In this document: positions 22,079 through 32,296 of the stretch, one piece after another
How the letters are laid out: each line of letters begins with the position of its first letter
Position numbering within the stretch: position 1 is the stretch's first letter
Position numbers and translations under genes: made by a program
Source of the DNA: an uncultured cyanobacterium
GTDB lineage: Bacteria > Cyanobacteriota > Cyanobacteriia > Cyanobacteriales > Nostocaceae
NCBI GenBank assembly: GCA_963740315.1
Contig: CAVUDP010000001.1
Coordinates: 448,001-512,000 of the forward strand
Direction: 5' to 3'
Length of the DNA: 64,000 nt
Notes under the pieces: model-generated
The model's input: the letters and a program-made list of their open reading frames with translations, nothing else
Database searches by the model: none
Told to the model about the DNA's origin: nothing

Positions 22079-22945
22079 CTAACCTTTAACCTCTAATAAT
22101 TGTTCTCGTAAAGTTAAAGGTTTATAACCTAATTCAAACGCTTTAGAACTATCTAAAGATACATCACTAGGTCTTGGTGCTGCCATTTTGACATCTTGTT
22201 GTTGGCTTTTTTTTATTTTTGCAGCAGGAATTTCAAATATTTCTACTAATAAACGACCGAAATCATAACGCGAAATTCTTTCTTTTCCACCTAAATGAAT
22301 GATTCCCGAAACTTTCTCTACAGCTAACAATAATCCTTGGGCAGCGGTTTTTCCATTTACTGGGGTGCGGAATTCGTCTACAAATAACTTTAATTCTTTT
22401 CCTTCTTGAAGCGTTTTAAGAAATGATTGTAGAAAACTAGTTGCTGTAGGCGTTGCATTACCAAACATTAAAGGCATTCGGCAAATGGCAGCTTGGGGAT
22501 AACGTTCCAATATGCCAATTTCTGCCATAACTTTGTGTTCGCCGTAAATATTTACCGGATTTACGCTGTCTGTTTCTTTGTAAAAACGGGAGCTACCATC
22601 AAACACTAAATCGGTTGAAGTAAAAACGTAAGGAATTGAATTTACAGCACATAATTCCGCAATATTCAATGAGGCTGTAACGTTAATTAACAGCGATTCT
22701 TCTACATGAGTTTGACAATAATTCGGTTGAGATAGCGCTGCGGTGTGAATAACTGCTGATGGCTGTATTTCTTGAAATATTCTTTTAAGTTCCGTAAAAT
22801 CAGTTAAATCAAGTTTTATAAGTTTGATTCCCGGAATTTCCAAGCTATGAGAAAAATAAGTTCCATATACATCCCATTCAATTGCTAATTGACACAAATG
22901 CCATCCTAGAAACCCGCTTGCGCCGGTTATTAAAAGTTTTTTCAT
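22079..22945 (-). CDS. RmlD-like extended SDR (dTDP-4-dehydrorhamnose reductase family)
   Basis: LLITGASGFLG, STDLVFDG, YGEHK, RPSDVSLDSSKA. Confidence 0.88.
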   Translation of the reverse strand: MKKLLITGASGFLGWHLCQLAIEWDVYGTYFSHSLEIPGIKLIKLDLTDFTELKRIFQEIQPSAVIHTAALSQPNYCQTHVEESLLINVTASLNIAELCAVNSIPYVFTSTDLVFDGSSRFYKETDSVNPVNIYGEHKVMAEIGILERYPQAAICRMPLMFGNATPTATSFLQSFLKTLQEGKELKLFVDEFRTPVNGKTAAQGLLLAVEKVSGIIHLGGKERISRYDFGRLLVEIFEIPAAKIKKSQQQDVKMAAPRPSDVSLDSSKAFELGYKPLTLREQLLEVKG

Positions 22946-23004
22946 AATCAGTTTAAACAGTTACCAGTTACCAGTTACTAGTTACCAGTTATCACCTGAA
23001 GTCA

Positions 23005-23077
23005 GTAGGTTGGGTTAGACACGAAAACTAAATTTGATTGTTACCAGAATCTTTAACTATCGTGTCGTAACCCAACA
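23005..23077. repeat. GTAG-type REP palindrome
   Basis: gtag-gttgggttagacacga...tcgtgtcgtaacccaac hairpin. Confidence 0.75.
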
Positions 23078-23199
23078 TCACCATTTTGGATAGATAAAAA
23101 CGCGATCGGAACTTATATCCACGATCGCGGAATTTCCTATGTTTTGGGATTGCTTCCTCGCCATGATTATAATTACGTTGTTCGCCAGTAAGTCCTAAT

Positions 23200-23239
23200 T
23201 ATTGATAATTGATAATTGATAATTGATAATTGATAATTG
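23200..23239. repeat. Heptamer tandem repeat (ATTGATA)n
   Basis: attgataattgataattgataattgataattgataattg. Confidence 0.9.
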
Positions 23240-23244
23240 TCTCA

Positions 23245-23805
23245 CTAAAATTCTACGTCTTCATAGATTTCTGCCATTGTAATTTCCACGTTAACCGATT
23301 GTAGCTTCAAAGTACTATCTTGAGTTAAAGTTTCTAGTAACCAGTTATTTCGATAAACTTTATGATAAATTTCTACTTTTATTTCTGATTGATGAACTAA
23401 AATATATTCTTGTAAACTTGGTAATTGTCGATAATTCAATAACTTTTCGTTACGATCGATACGCTCTGTAATTGGTGAAATTACTTCGGCAATTAAACAA
23501 GGAGAAGTTTTAAAATATACTTCTCTATCTTGGGTATCGCGAACTACCGATACTTCTGGATAATAAAAAGCATTTGTCGGTTCAATTCTTATTTTCATAT
23601 CAGATGCAAAAACATGACAATCAGTACCGTATAAATGAGTACGCAACCTTGCAAATAAATTTTCAGCAATAATTTTTAAATTATGAGAATCTCCCAGTAC
23701 GGGATAAATCTGCCCTGCAAGATATTCATGACGAACTATACTTTCTAAATCAAATTGCAGATATTCATCGATAGTTGAATCTGTATATTTAGCTTGAGAA
23801 TACAT
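23245..23805 (-). CDS. Uma2 (DUF820) family endonuclease-like protein
   Basis: RHEYLAG, VFASDMKIRI, FYYPEVSV, LIAEVISP, DRNEKLLNYRQLPSLQEYILV. Confidence 0.88.
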   Translation of the reverse strand: MYSQAKYTDSTIDEYLQFDLESIVRHEYLAGQIYPVLGDSHNLKIIAENLFARLRTHLYGTDCHVFASDMKIRIEPTNAFYYPEVSVVRDTQDREVYFKTSPCLIAEVISPITERIDRNEKLLNYRQLPSLQEYILVHQSEIKVEIYHKVYRNNWLLETLTQDSTLKLQSVNVEITMAEIYEDVEF

Positions 23806-24008
23806 ACTTTTAAAAATTACGGTTTATTAACCGATCGTAACCATAAATAAAAGTAATTTTATATATTATTTATTCACAAATTTAAACTATCTTTTCCTCT
23901 TTTTTATACACAGTGGGAGAGGGGATGAGGAGAGGGGGAGATGGGGGGATGGGCAGAAGGAGTTAGGAGTTATAAGTTAACAATGCCCTATGCCCAATTC
24001 TCAATTAT

Positions 24009-24746
24009 TTAATAAAGTAAATCTTGAAACTGTTTGGTGTTGCGAACTTTGGCAAAATCTGGATCGGTTTTTGCTAGTTTTTCGTACTTACCTGGAACTA
24101 GTTTCATGGCTTTTTGCAGATTGCTAATTGCCTCGGAAGTATTTTTCTGTAAAGCATAGGTACAGGCTTTGTTGTAATATGCTTGATGCTTGTTGGGTTC
24201 GATGGCGATCGCTTTGTCGTAAGATGCTAAAGCTTGGGAATAACGCTGCAAATCGGTTAAGGCAATGCCTCGATTAATCCAAGCTTCGTATTTGTCGGGT
24301 TCGATCGCAATGGCTTTGTCGTAAGATATTACTGCTTCTTGGTAAAGCCGCATCGCTGATAGAGCATTTCCTCGGTTGTACCATGCTTCATCTCTTTTCG
24401 GCTGTATGGCGATCGCTCTATCGTAAGATGACAAAGCTTGCCCGTATTGCTGCATTGCTGATAAAGCATTTCCCCTGTTAATCCAAGCTTCGACGTTATT
24501 AGGCGCAGCTATAACCACTTTATCGTAAGCAGCAACGGCATCTTCATAACGATTTGCTTCTAAAAATTTATTTGCTTGAACAAAAAATTCTGCCTGGTTT
24601 ATTTCAGAGGCTTGTGTCAGTAACCGAGCAACATTGGTTTCTTGCACCATTTTGCTATCCTGTCTCATTGATTCTGCCGAGTTACTACAACCAAATATCA
24701 CGAAAGTAGTTAACCCGCTTGCAACAAAACGGCTCCAAAATGCCAT
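24009..24746 (-). CDS. Tetratricopeptide repeat lipoprotein
   Basis: Lipobox IFGC; repeated EAWxNRGxAL...YDKAIAI; C-terminal YNKACTYAL...AKTDPDF. Confidence 0.9.
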   Translation of the reverse strand: MAFWSRFVASGLTTFVIFGCSNSAESMRQDSKMVQETNVARLLTQASEINQAEFFVQANKFLEANRYEDAVAAYDKVVIAAPNNVEAWINRGNALSAMQQYGQALSSYDRAIAIQPKRDEAWYNRGNALSAMRLYQEAVISYDKAIAIEPDKYEAWINRGIALTDLQRYSQALASYDKAIAIEPNKHQAYYNKACTYALQKNTSEAISNLQKAMKLVPGKYEKLAKTDPDFAKVRNTKQFQDLLY

Positions 24747-25287
24747 ATCGCATCCATAGAAATCATAGATTTTACAATACAGTTTTTTCTTTTTTTTAAC
24801 AAGTATCTAGAAAAACGAATTGATTTATTAATTTATTTTTATCAAATGTTTTTTTATTTTTAAATCCAGCGAGATTATATCATATAATGTAGCTGCAATA
24901 TATTAGTTTGATATTTTATTAATGATAATACTGTATTGTTATAGACTGCAAAAACCTTAATAATCCGATTTCAAGTAATTATAGTCACATCGGAATAACT
25001 AATTATTTAAAGTAGATTAAAATTTGACTAAGTGTAACAGAATGACTAAAAATCATCCAATTTTAATTAATTTGATATTAAAGTCAAGTAAGACAATAAT
25101 TTTAAAAATGATTTTAATTAGTAACAAGTAAATTGGATTACAGTCTCACAATAAATTATTAACATCGAAAAATTGAAAAATTATTTGATATAAATGTAAA
25201 TAATATTACTTTATGATGTTGATGATAAAACTACTTTTTTTGCATTCACAACGTACCATTTAGAACTGCTGATGCCGAAATATAATC

Positions 25288-26616
25288 ATGTCAATTGAAT
25301 CAAACTCCCACTCATCGCAGTCTCAGAGCCAGCAAACTGCATCCGAAAACAAATGGCAACCGGATGAATTTGATAATGTCGGCGGTACAAGCAGTTTACC
25401 CAACGGGCTTACCGCTCAGCAAGTCAACTCCGCGATCGCCGCAGTGCAGTCGCAGCAAAACACGAGTGCTTTACAACAAGCCCGTTCCTCGTTTTCGGAG
25501 GACAATTCTACCACCGTGCCTGTCAAACCACGGGCATTATTGATTACTTTATTATCAATTTTAGTTACAGTTCTCGGAATAGCCATAAATCAACCACTGA
25601 TTGGGATTGCTGGAACCGCAGTTACTTTATTGTTATCAGCAATAATACTATTGCCTTGGTTAAAAGTTACAATAACAGAACTGTTGACACCCAAACAGCG
25701 AGCGTTGATTATTGGATTTTTGGGTATAGTCGTCGCAATTGCTGGCTTAATCAAATTCATTCCGGGCAAAATTGATTGGGATGTTTCGGGAACCTTAGCC
25801 GATTGGTTTGGCGCTTTGGGACAAATTCTGATCGCCGTAATCGCGGTTTATATTGCTTGGCGACAGTATGTAATCTCCAAAGATTTAACAATTCAGCAAA
25901 ACCTACTGACAATTCAGCAAAATAATATTACCCAACAGCAGACAATCGACACATATTTTCAAGGCATTTCCGATTTAGTATTAGATGAAGAAGGTTTATT
26001 AGAAGATTGGCCTCAAGAAAGATTGCTTGCAGAAGGGCGTACCGCAGCTATTTTAAGCAGCGTTGATTCAGTTGGTAAAGCCAAAATTATTCGCTTTTTA
26101 TCGCGTTCCAAATTATTAACACCATTAAAACGTGACGGACATTTAGGTAGAGCTATTTTTGATGGTAATGGAGGCTACGAAGAAGATTTAGTTTTAGGAG
26201 TGCGCGTAATTGACTTAGGTGTGATGCTCGCAAGTGCGAACCTTTCCGGTACAGATTTACGGTGGACGGATTTGAGTGAAGCTAATTTAGTACGCGCTAA
26301 CTTAAGTAATTGCGACTTAGTAAAAGCCAACCTTTGTCGCGCCATATTATACGAATCCAACTTATCAGAAGCCGACTTAAACGCAACTAAACTCTTTTAC
26401 GGTTCCTTAGCAGCAGCATCACCCCGCAATCGTTTGCATAGACCTGATTATAGAACAGGAGAGCGCACGGGTGCAGTAGTAGAAAACGCTAACTTTTCTA
26501 ATGTTAAAAGAATGTCAGAACCCAACCGTTATTATTGTTGTTCTTGGTGCGGTGAAGAAAGTAGAAAAACAATTCCCGGTGGTTGTGAAGGAATTGAGAA
26601 TAGATTGGGGAGGTGA
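25288..26616 (+). CDS. Membrane-bound pentapeptide repeat protein
   Basis: Several hydrophobic segments, QQQTIDTYFQGISDL, pentapeptides ANLSG/TDLRW/ANLVR/ANLCR. Confidence 0.88.
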   Translation: MSIESNSHSSQSQSQQTASENKWQPDEFDNVGGTSSLPNGLTAQQVNSAIAAVQSQQNTSALQQARSSFSEDNSTTVPVKPRALLITLLSILVTVLGIAINQPLIGIAGTAVTLLLSAIILLPWLKVTITELLTPKQRALIIGFLGIVVAIAGLIKFIPGKIDWDVSGTLADWFGALGQILIAVIAVYIAWRQYVISKDLTIQQNLLTIQQNNITQQQTIDTYFQGISDLVLDEEGLLEDWPQERLLAEGRTAAILSSVDSVGKAKIIRFLSRSKLLTPLKRDGHLGRAIFDGNGGYEEDLVLGVRVIDLGVMLASANLSGTDLRWTDLSEANLVRANLSNCDLVKANLCRAILYESNLSEADLNATKLFYGSLAAASPRNRLHRPDYRTGERTGAVVENANFSNVKRMSEPNRYYCCSWCGEESRKTIPGGCEGIENRLGR

Positions 26617-26661
26617 TTGGTATACGCCCGCACGCTCCGCGTGAATGGTAATTGGTAATTT

Positions 26662-26888
26662 GTAGGTTGGGTTGAGGAACGAAACCCAACATCAACCCAA
26701 CATAATCTGGAAAGCTAAACCAATTAATTCAATATAAAACAATATTTAATACCCAACAAACAATATGCTTTATTCCAAAATCGATCTTAGATGATGTTGT
26801 ATAAAACGGTGTTGCATTAATGTTGGGTTACGGCGCATTTATACTTTTCGTACACCACAAATATTCGTGCGCCTTTAACCCAACCTAC
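26662..26888. repeat. Inverted REP doublet (REPIN-like), GTAG family
   Basis: gtaggttgggttgaggaacgaaacccaaca ... tgttgggttacggcgca...tgcgcctttaacccaacctac. Confidence 0.78.
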
Positions 26889-27003
26889 CACTTTTTTCAA
26901 AGATACTATGATGCCCGATGGAAGTATTCGGAACGCTTTGTAGAACGAATTAGCAACATATCGTTAAATTCAGAACAATAAAACGGTGCCGTATTGCTAA
27001 CTA

Positions 27004-27133
27004 GTAGGGTGTGTTGTCGCGAACGCGCAACGCACCATTCAATTTAGAGCCATACAGAAAATGGTGCGTTAGCCGCGAAACAAATATATTTCGTCACAAT
27101 CAAAATTAGCGATCGCGCCATAACACACCCTAC
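27004..27133. repeat. Inverted REP doublet (REPIN-like), GTAG family
   Basis: gtagggtgtgttgtcgcg..cgcaacgcacc ... ggtgcgttagccgcga...tcgcgccataacacaccctac. Confidence 0.78.
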
Positions 27134-27363
27134 CATTCAACCCCTGCCACAGTGGGTTTCGCCTGTGTAGCCGCGTTCACCGCGCTTGTGCGACATATTC
27201 AATTGCCAGGTATTTTCCCAATTACCCATCCCCAATTCCCAATTCTTAAGATAAATGAAGCGGATACATCTATGCGAAACTACTCATTGCCAATTAGAAT
27301 CTACCAAAGTCGGGTTATAAACTAAACAACCCGAAACCAAAAACCACTAATTACTAAATCGCT

Positions 27364-28572
27364 GTGAAATTGAAATTAAGCCGTCTGATTCCATTTCTTG
27401 ATGAAACTGTATCCAGTTGGGCATTAGAAGCCCGCTTGTTACGCTGGTTGACGTTGGTTTGGCTATTCGTAGGTTTAGCGGTGTTGTTTTCGGCTTCTTA
27501 CCCGGTGGCTGACGTTAAGCATGGTGATGGGCTTTACTTTTTCAAGCGTCAACTGATAACTGTATTTCTGGGTTTGATTCTCTTCAATATCATTGTAAAT
27601 TTACCCTTTCGCAAAGTAATTAACGTATCCCATTGGTTGTTAATGTTGTTTTTGGGGTTAATCATTCTGACTTTAATTCCAGGTTTGGGAACTAGGGGGG
27701 TTTACGGTACGAGTCGCTGGCTATCTATTGCAGGATTTCCAATCCAACCTTCGGAATTTATCAAACCCTTTTTAGTATTGCAAAGTGCGCGAGTTTTTGG
27801 AAATTGGGAAAGACTCAGTTGGGGAATTCGCATTGCTTGGTTGGTGGTTTTTGGTTTTGTATTGTTAGGAATTCTCGCGCAACCTAATTTGAGTACCACT
27901 GCACTTTGCGGTATGACTGTCTGGTTAATTGCTTTGGCTAGTGGTTTACCTTACAAATATTTGGGAGGTAGCGCTGCTGCGGGTGTGATATTAGCGTTGA
28001 TGAGCGTTACTGTTAATAAATATCAACGTTTGCGGATTATTTCTTTTTTGAATCCTTGGGACGATCCTCAAAATACAGGTTATCAGTTAATTCAAAGTTT
28101 ATTGGCAATAGGTTCTGGTAATACTTGGGGTTCTGGATTTGGACTTTCGCAACAAAAGCTTTCTTGGCTACCAATTCAAGATAGTGACTTTATTTTTGCA
28201 GTATTTGCTGAAGAATTCGGTTTTGTTGGCAGCGTGACGCTGTTGGTAATGTTAGGTGTATTCGCAACTTTAGGATTAATTGTAGCTCTCAAAGCTAAAA
28301 GTGTTATATACAGGTTGTCGGCAATTGGTATTACCACTTTACTTACAGGACAATCATTTATAAATATTGGTGTTGCCAGTGGAGTTTTACCAACCACGGG
28401 TTTACCTTTACCATTTTTTAGCTATGGCGGAAGTTCGATAATTGCTACATTGATTGCAACATCTTTATTAATTCGAGTTGCACGGGAAAGTAACGAAGCC
28501 GAAGTGGTTCCATTGCGGAGACAGCCGAAAAATAGACGCGAGCAACGGTTTTTACACAGGAATAAATTTTAA
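27364..28572 (+). CDS. ftsW: SEDS family peptidoglycan polymerase FtsW
   Basis: RWL..IQPSEFIK, QPNLST, GYQLIQSLLAIGSG, DSDFIFAVFAEEFG, PTTGLPLPFFSYGGSS. Confidence 0.88.
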   Translation: MKLKLSRLIPFLDETVSSWALEARLLRWLTLVWLFVGLAVLFSASYPVADVKHGDGLYFFKRQLITVFLGLILFNIIVNLPFRKVINVSHWLLMLFLGLIILTLIPGLGTRGVYGTSRWLSIAGFPIQPSEFIKPFLVLQSARVFGNWERLSWGIRIAWLVVFGFVLLGILAQPNLSTTALCGMTVWLIALASGLPYKYLGGSAAAGVILALMSVTVNKYQRLRIISFLNPWDDPQNTGYQLIQSLLAIGSGNTWGSGFGLSQQKLSWLPIQDSDFIFAVFAEEFGFVGSVTLLVMLGVFATLGLIVALKAKSVIYRLSAIGITTLLTGQSFINIGVASGVLPTTGLPLPFFSYGGSSIIATLIATSLLIRVARESNEAEVVPLRRQPKNRREQRFLHRNKF

Positions 28573-28697
28573 GTTAATATTCTTTTTCTCAAGTAAGCAA
28601 ACATATATTAAATTTGCTTGAATTATTTCCGAAAAGGTTAGTAAGGTGATCTGTAAGTAGAATCATATAAAAATCAGTTTACCAACCGTTTTTATAT

Positions 28698-28721
28698 AGC
28701 CCGCATCAGCGGGCTTTATTT
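28698..28721 (+). terminator. Rho-independent terminator-like hairpin downstream of ftsW
   Basis: agcccgc-atca-gcgggct followed by ttattt. Confidence 0.65.
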
Positions 28722-28988
28722 ATGGGTAATAGGTAAGTGTAATAATAAATTATCAAGGTGAAAGGTATTAAGTTACTTCGCAACTAATAAAGCTAAGACA
28801 TTTTTATTAAAAATCCTAAATTCTTGCCAGATAAAAGTTTTGAAATGTGTAAGTTAAAAGACTAATTGATTTGTAAAGCACAAACCTCTATTACCCATTA
28901 CCTAATTCCAATATGTCAATTTATTTGAGTCGTCGTACCTTGATTTAAGAGAGCGATAAATCGCTTACTACGAACAATAAATTACGAA

Positions 28989-30479
28989 TTATTCTATTTC
29001 TTCTGCTTGTTGATGAATCGTTTCTAATTCTTCGGGGGACATTTTATCAAGATTCTTCAATATAAAGTTCATTCTTCCTTGAAATTTCAATTTGTCTCGA
29101 TGTCGGTTGAGAAAATCCCAATATAAGAAGTTGAAGGGACAAGCTTTTTCTCCGGTGCGTTTTGAATGCTGGTAATAACAACTTTTACAATAATCGCTCA
29201 TCTTATTAATATAGTTAGCGGATGCTGCATAGGGTTTTGATGCGAGTAAACCACCATCTGCATATTGTCCCATACCGATGACGTTGGTTTGCATTACCCA
29301 GTCGTAAGCGTCGATGAATGCTGAGTGAAACCAGTTTTCTAATTCTTGCGGTGATATTCCAGCAATTAATCCAAAGTTATTTAATACCATCAATCTTTGA
29401 ATATGATGAGCGTAACCCATATCCATTACTTGGGTTAATATTTGATGCAAACAGTTCATTTTGGTTTCACCTGTCCAAAAAAATTCGGGTAGTGATTTGT
29501 TGTGTTCAAACCAATTCTGCTGGGGATAATCTGCATCAACATGATGATAAATTCCGTGCATATATTCTCTCCATCCCAACACCTGACGGATGAAACCTTC
29601 GACGCTATTTAATGCAAGTTTATTTTCGTGATACGCTGCTTCTGCTGCTTGAATGATTTCTAAAGGTTGCAATAAACCAAGATTTAAATAAGGAGAAAGC
29701 ATTGCGTGCCACATTGTTTCTTCTCCCGTTACCATCGCATCTTGATATGGACCAAAATCTGGTAAACGAATATCTATGAAATATTTTAATACTTCTAATG
29801 CTTGGGAACGAGTTACTCCCCAACGAAATTCTTTTATGTATCCGTAAGTTGGTATATCAAGGGAATCAATTTGTTTAATGACTTGTTGTGTAATTTCATC
29901 TGCTTCAAACCATAAAGGTTCGGGAGTATTTAATTTAGCTTTGGGTGGTTTGCGATTTTCTTTATCAAGATTCCATTTTCCCCCAACTGGTTTATCATCT
30001 TCCATTAATATATCGAAGCGTCTTCTTCCTTCCCTATAAAAGTCTTCCATTAACAAACGCTTGCGATTTTTAGCCCAGTTATGGAATTCTTCTGCACTCC
30101 ATAAAAAATGATTGTTGGGAACTAAGTTGATATCGCAAGCTAATTTTAAATTTTCGATTATTTGTAGAAAAGGTTTGTCGTTGGGAGACATTATTCGTAA
30201 TTCGGAGATTTGATTTTCTTTTACCCATGTAAGAAGAGGAGTTTGAAAATCTTCAGCTATTTTATAAGTTACCGAATAACCTTGTTGACGCAATTGTTCC
30301 GCAAAATGCCGCATCGATGACCAGATTAAAACCAGTTTTTGCTTGTGATATCTAAGTTGTTTGATGTGGGAGTAGGATTCAATAAGGATAATTGGTATTT
30401 GTGAGGGGTTGTTGCAATTTTGTAAAGCTGCTTGTGTTGAATATAGTTGATCGCCTAATATCCAGATTCCTGTTGTCAT
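28989..30479 (-). CDS. FeS-cluster bacterial cryptochrome/photolyase (PhrB/CryB-like, (6-4) photolyase class)
   Basis: ILGDQL, HKQKL, PVGGKWNLD.ENR, FGPYQDAM, EGFIRQVLGWREY, YAHHIQRLM, KPYAASANYINKMSDYC; four Cys (MNCL, YCKSC, ACPF). Confidence 0.92.
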   Translation of the reverse strand: MTTGIWILGDQLYSTQAALQNCNNPSQIPIILIESYSHIKQLRYHKQKLVLIWSSMRHFAEQLRQQGYSVTYKIAEDFQTPLLTWVKENQISELRIMSPNDKPFLQIIENLKLACDINLVPNNHFLWSAEEFHNWAKNRKRLLMEDFYREGRRRFDILMEDDKPVGGKWNLDKENRKPPKAKLNTPEPLWFEADEITQQVIKQIDSLDIPTYGYIKEFRWGVTRSQALEVLKYFIDIRLPDFGPYQDAMVTGEETMWHAMLSPYLNLGLLQPLEIIQAAEAAYHENKLALNSVEGFIRQVLGWREYMHGIYHHVDADYPQQNWFEHNKSLPEFFWTGETKMNCLHQILTQVMDMGYAHHIQRLMVLNNFGLIAGISPQELENWFHSAFIDAYDWVMQTNVIGMGQYADGGLLASKPYAASANYINKMSDYCKSCYYQHSKRTGEKACPFNFLYWDFLNRHRDKLKFQGRMNFILKNLDKMSPEELETIHQQAEEIE

Positions 30480-30608
30480 GATTTGTAATTGTAGGTTGGT
30501 TTTTAAATTATAGGTAGGAAAGTTACTGAATTTACTTTCACATTACTGATTATAAATAACCTTACTAGACGCTGAGAGCGCTGAGGTAAGAGATGGAGAG
30601 AATTATTA

Positions 30609-30777
30609 AAGTTGCTGGAGTTAGAATAATGGTAGGAATTAGATAAAGGTAGAAAAGATGAATATTCAACTCAAACCGGAACACGAACAATTTATTCAAG
30701 CACAAATGGCTACAGGGAAATATAAAAATCCCGAAGAGGTAGTTGATATCGCATTTCGACTATTACAAAAATTTAAT
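30609..30777 (+). repeat. 169-bp direct repeat, copy 1 (promoter plus antitoxin 5' end)
   Basis: Matches 31360-31528 with 12 mismatches by manual count. Confidence 0.93.
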
Positions 30778-30960
30778 GCAGAGTCAGAAATTGCCGCAGA
30801 AATTGAAGCCGATCGTCAAGAAATAAATCATAGTAATTTTTTAAAAGCAGCTAATAAAGCTTATGAAAGTTTACGAAATAATCCAAAAGCTTGGCTAGAA
30901 GAATTAGAAGAAAGAGAATTATGGGAGCAAACTTTATCTGATGGATTGGAGGAAGCTTGA
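30658..30960 (+). CDS. Putative chimeric antitoxin: ParD-like RHH N-terminus plus acidic C-terminus
   Basis: MNIQLKPEHEQFI...GKYKNPEEVV then ANKAYESLRNNPKAWLEELEERELWEQTLSDGL; stop overlaps the toxin start (TTGA). Confidence 0.8.
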   Translation: MNIQLKPEHEQFIQAQMATGKYKNPEEVVDIAFRLLQKFNAESEIAAEIEADRQEINHSNFLKAANKAYESLRNNPKAWLEELEERELWEQTLSDGLEEA

Positions 30961-31298
30961 CTATAATATCGCGAGGGGAAGTATGGTTAATAGATTTAAA
31001 CCCTGTACGGGGACACGAACAAGCTGGAAAACGTCCTTGTTTAGTTATATCAGTGAATTTGTTTAATCAAGGCTCATCTGGGTTAGCAATTGTATTACCA
31101 ATTACTTCTAAAAATAAGGGAATTCCTTTTCATGTTGAAGTCAATCCACCGCAAGCTGGGTTGAAAATGCAAAGTTTTATCAAATGCGAAGATGTCCGTT
31201 CCATTTCTATAGAAAGATTTGATAAAAAATTCGGTGCTGTTTCTGAAGAAATACTTGTTGCTGTTGAGGAAAGATTGCGAATTTTGATGAATCTTTAA
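30957..31298 (+). CDS. PemK/MazF family toxin
   Basis: RGEVWLIDLNPVRGHEQAGKRPCLVIS, VLPITS, CEDVRSIS. Confidence 0.93.
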   Translation: MTIISRGEVWLIDLNPVRGHEQAGKRPCLVISVNLFNQGSSGLAIVLPITSKNKGIPFHVEVNPPQAGLKMQSFIKCEDVRSISIERFDKKFGAVSEEILVAVEERLRILMNL

Positions 31299-31359
31299 TT
31301 TAGGAAGCGCTTATAAATAAGAATACTCTCTAGAATAAATAGCTGGTAATAATCTACTG

Positions 31360-31528
31360 AAGTTGCTGGAGTTAGAATAATGGTATTAATTATATAAAGG
31401 TAGAAAATATGAATATTCAACTCAAACCGGAACACGAGCAATTTATTCAAGCACAAATGGCTACAGGGAAATATAAAAATCCCGAAGAAGTTGTTGACAT
31501 AGCATTTCGACTGTTAGAAAAATTAAAT
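31360..31528 (+). repeat. 169-bp direct repeat, copy 2
   Basis: Counterpart of 30609-30777. Confidence 0.93.
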
Positions 31529-31678
31529 ACTGAATATTCTCAATGGATAGAAGAAACCCGTCAAAAAGTTGATGTTGCTATTGCAGAATTAGAACGTGGT
31601 GAAGGTTTGGATGGTGAAACTGTAGTGATGGAAATATTAGAAAGATTTCAAAAAGCACGGGAATACAGGAATGAGTAA
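31409..31678 (+). CDS. ParD-family (RHH) antitoxin
   Basis: Same N-terminus as 30658; C-terminus RQKVDVAIAELERGEGLDGETV; overlaps the toxin start (ATGAGTAA). Confidence 0.87.
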   Translation: MNIQLKPEHEQFIQAQMATGKYKNPEEVVDIAFRLLEKLNTEYSQWIEETRQKVDVAIAELERGEGLDGETVVMEILERFQKAREYRNE

Positions 31679-31961
31679 TTATATCATTTCACCTTCTGCA
31701 ACTAGAGATTTAAATCAAATTGCTGATTATTTTCTTGTACGAAATCTTGAAGCAGGAGAAAAATTATTTAAAGAGTTTAATAGAAAGTGCCATAATTTAG
31801 CGAATTTCCCTGAAATGGGACGCAGTTATGCTTATATAAAACCTTCATTGCGTGGATTACCGTTAGATGGATATATCATTATTTACCAAGTGATTGAGGA
31901 TGGAGTGGAAATCTTGCGAGTAGTTAGTGGTCGTCAAGATTTAGAATCTTTATTCACATAA
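31671..31961 (+). CDS. RelE/ParE family toxin
   Basis: YIISPSATRDLNQIADY, LANFPEMGR, LR..PLDGYIIIY, VEILRVVSGRQDL. Confidence 0.92.
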   Translation: MSNYIISPSATRDLNQIADYFLVRNLEAGEKLFKEFNRKCHNLANFPEMGRSYAYIKPSLRGLPLDGYIIIYQVIEDGVEILRVVSGRQDLESLFT

Positions 31962-32296
31962 TACAATTGTTATCGCTTTCAAAATTACGAAGTAGACAGC
32001 AAAATTATCGCACTTTCCCACTCAACTACCCGATTAACTAATTTTCCATAAAACAGGTTTTCACGATTTTAATTTCATCCGAGGTCAATTCTTTAGCAAA
32101 ATGATTTACATAACTTGGATGTGTTTTACTTCAAGCGAATAGATCCAATGTAGGAGAGAGGGGGAGAGGGGGAAAATAATTAATTTTTTAACGCAGAGGA
32201 AAGCAAAGGTAAGCGCGGAGGTACGCGGAGTTTTGGATTTTTAGCAATATCCCAACATACTGCTTAATTGCATAATTAGGAAGGCGCTGGAAATAT

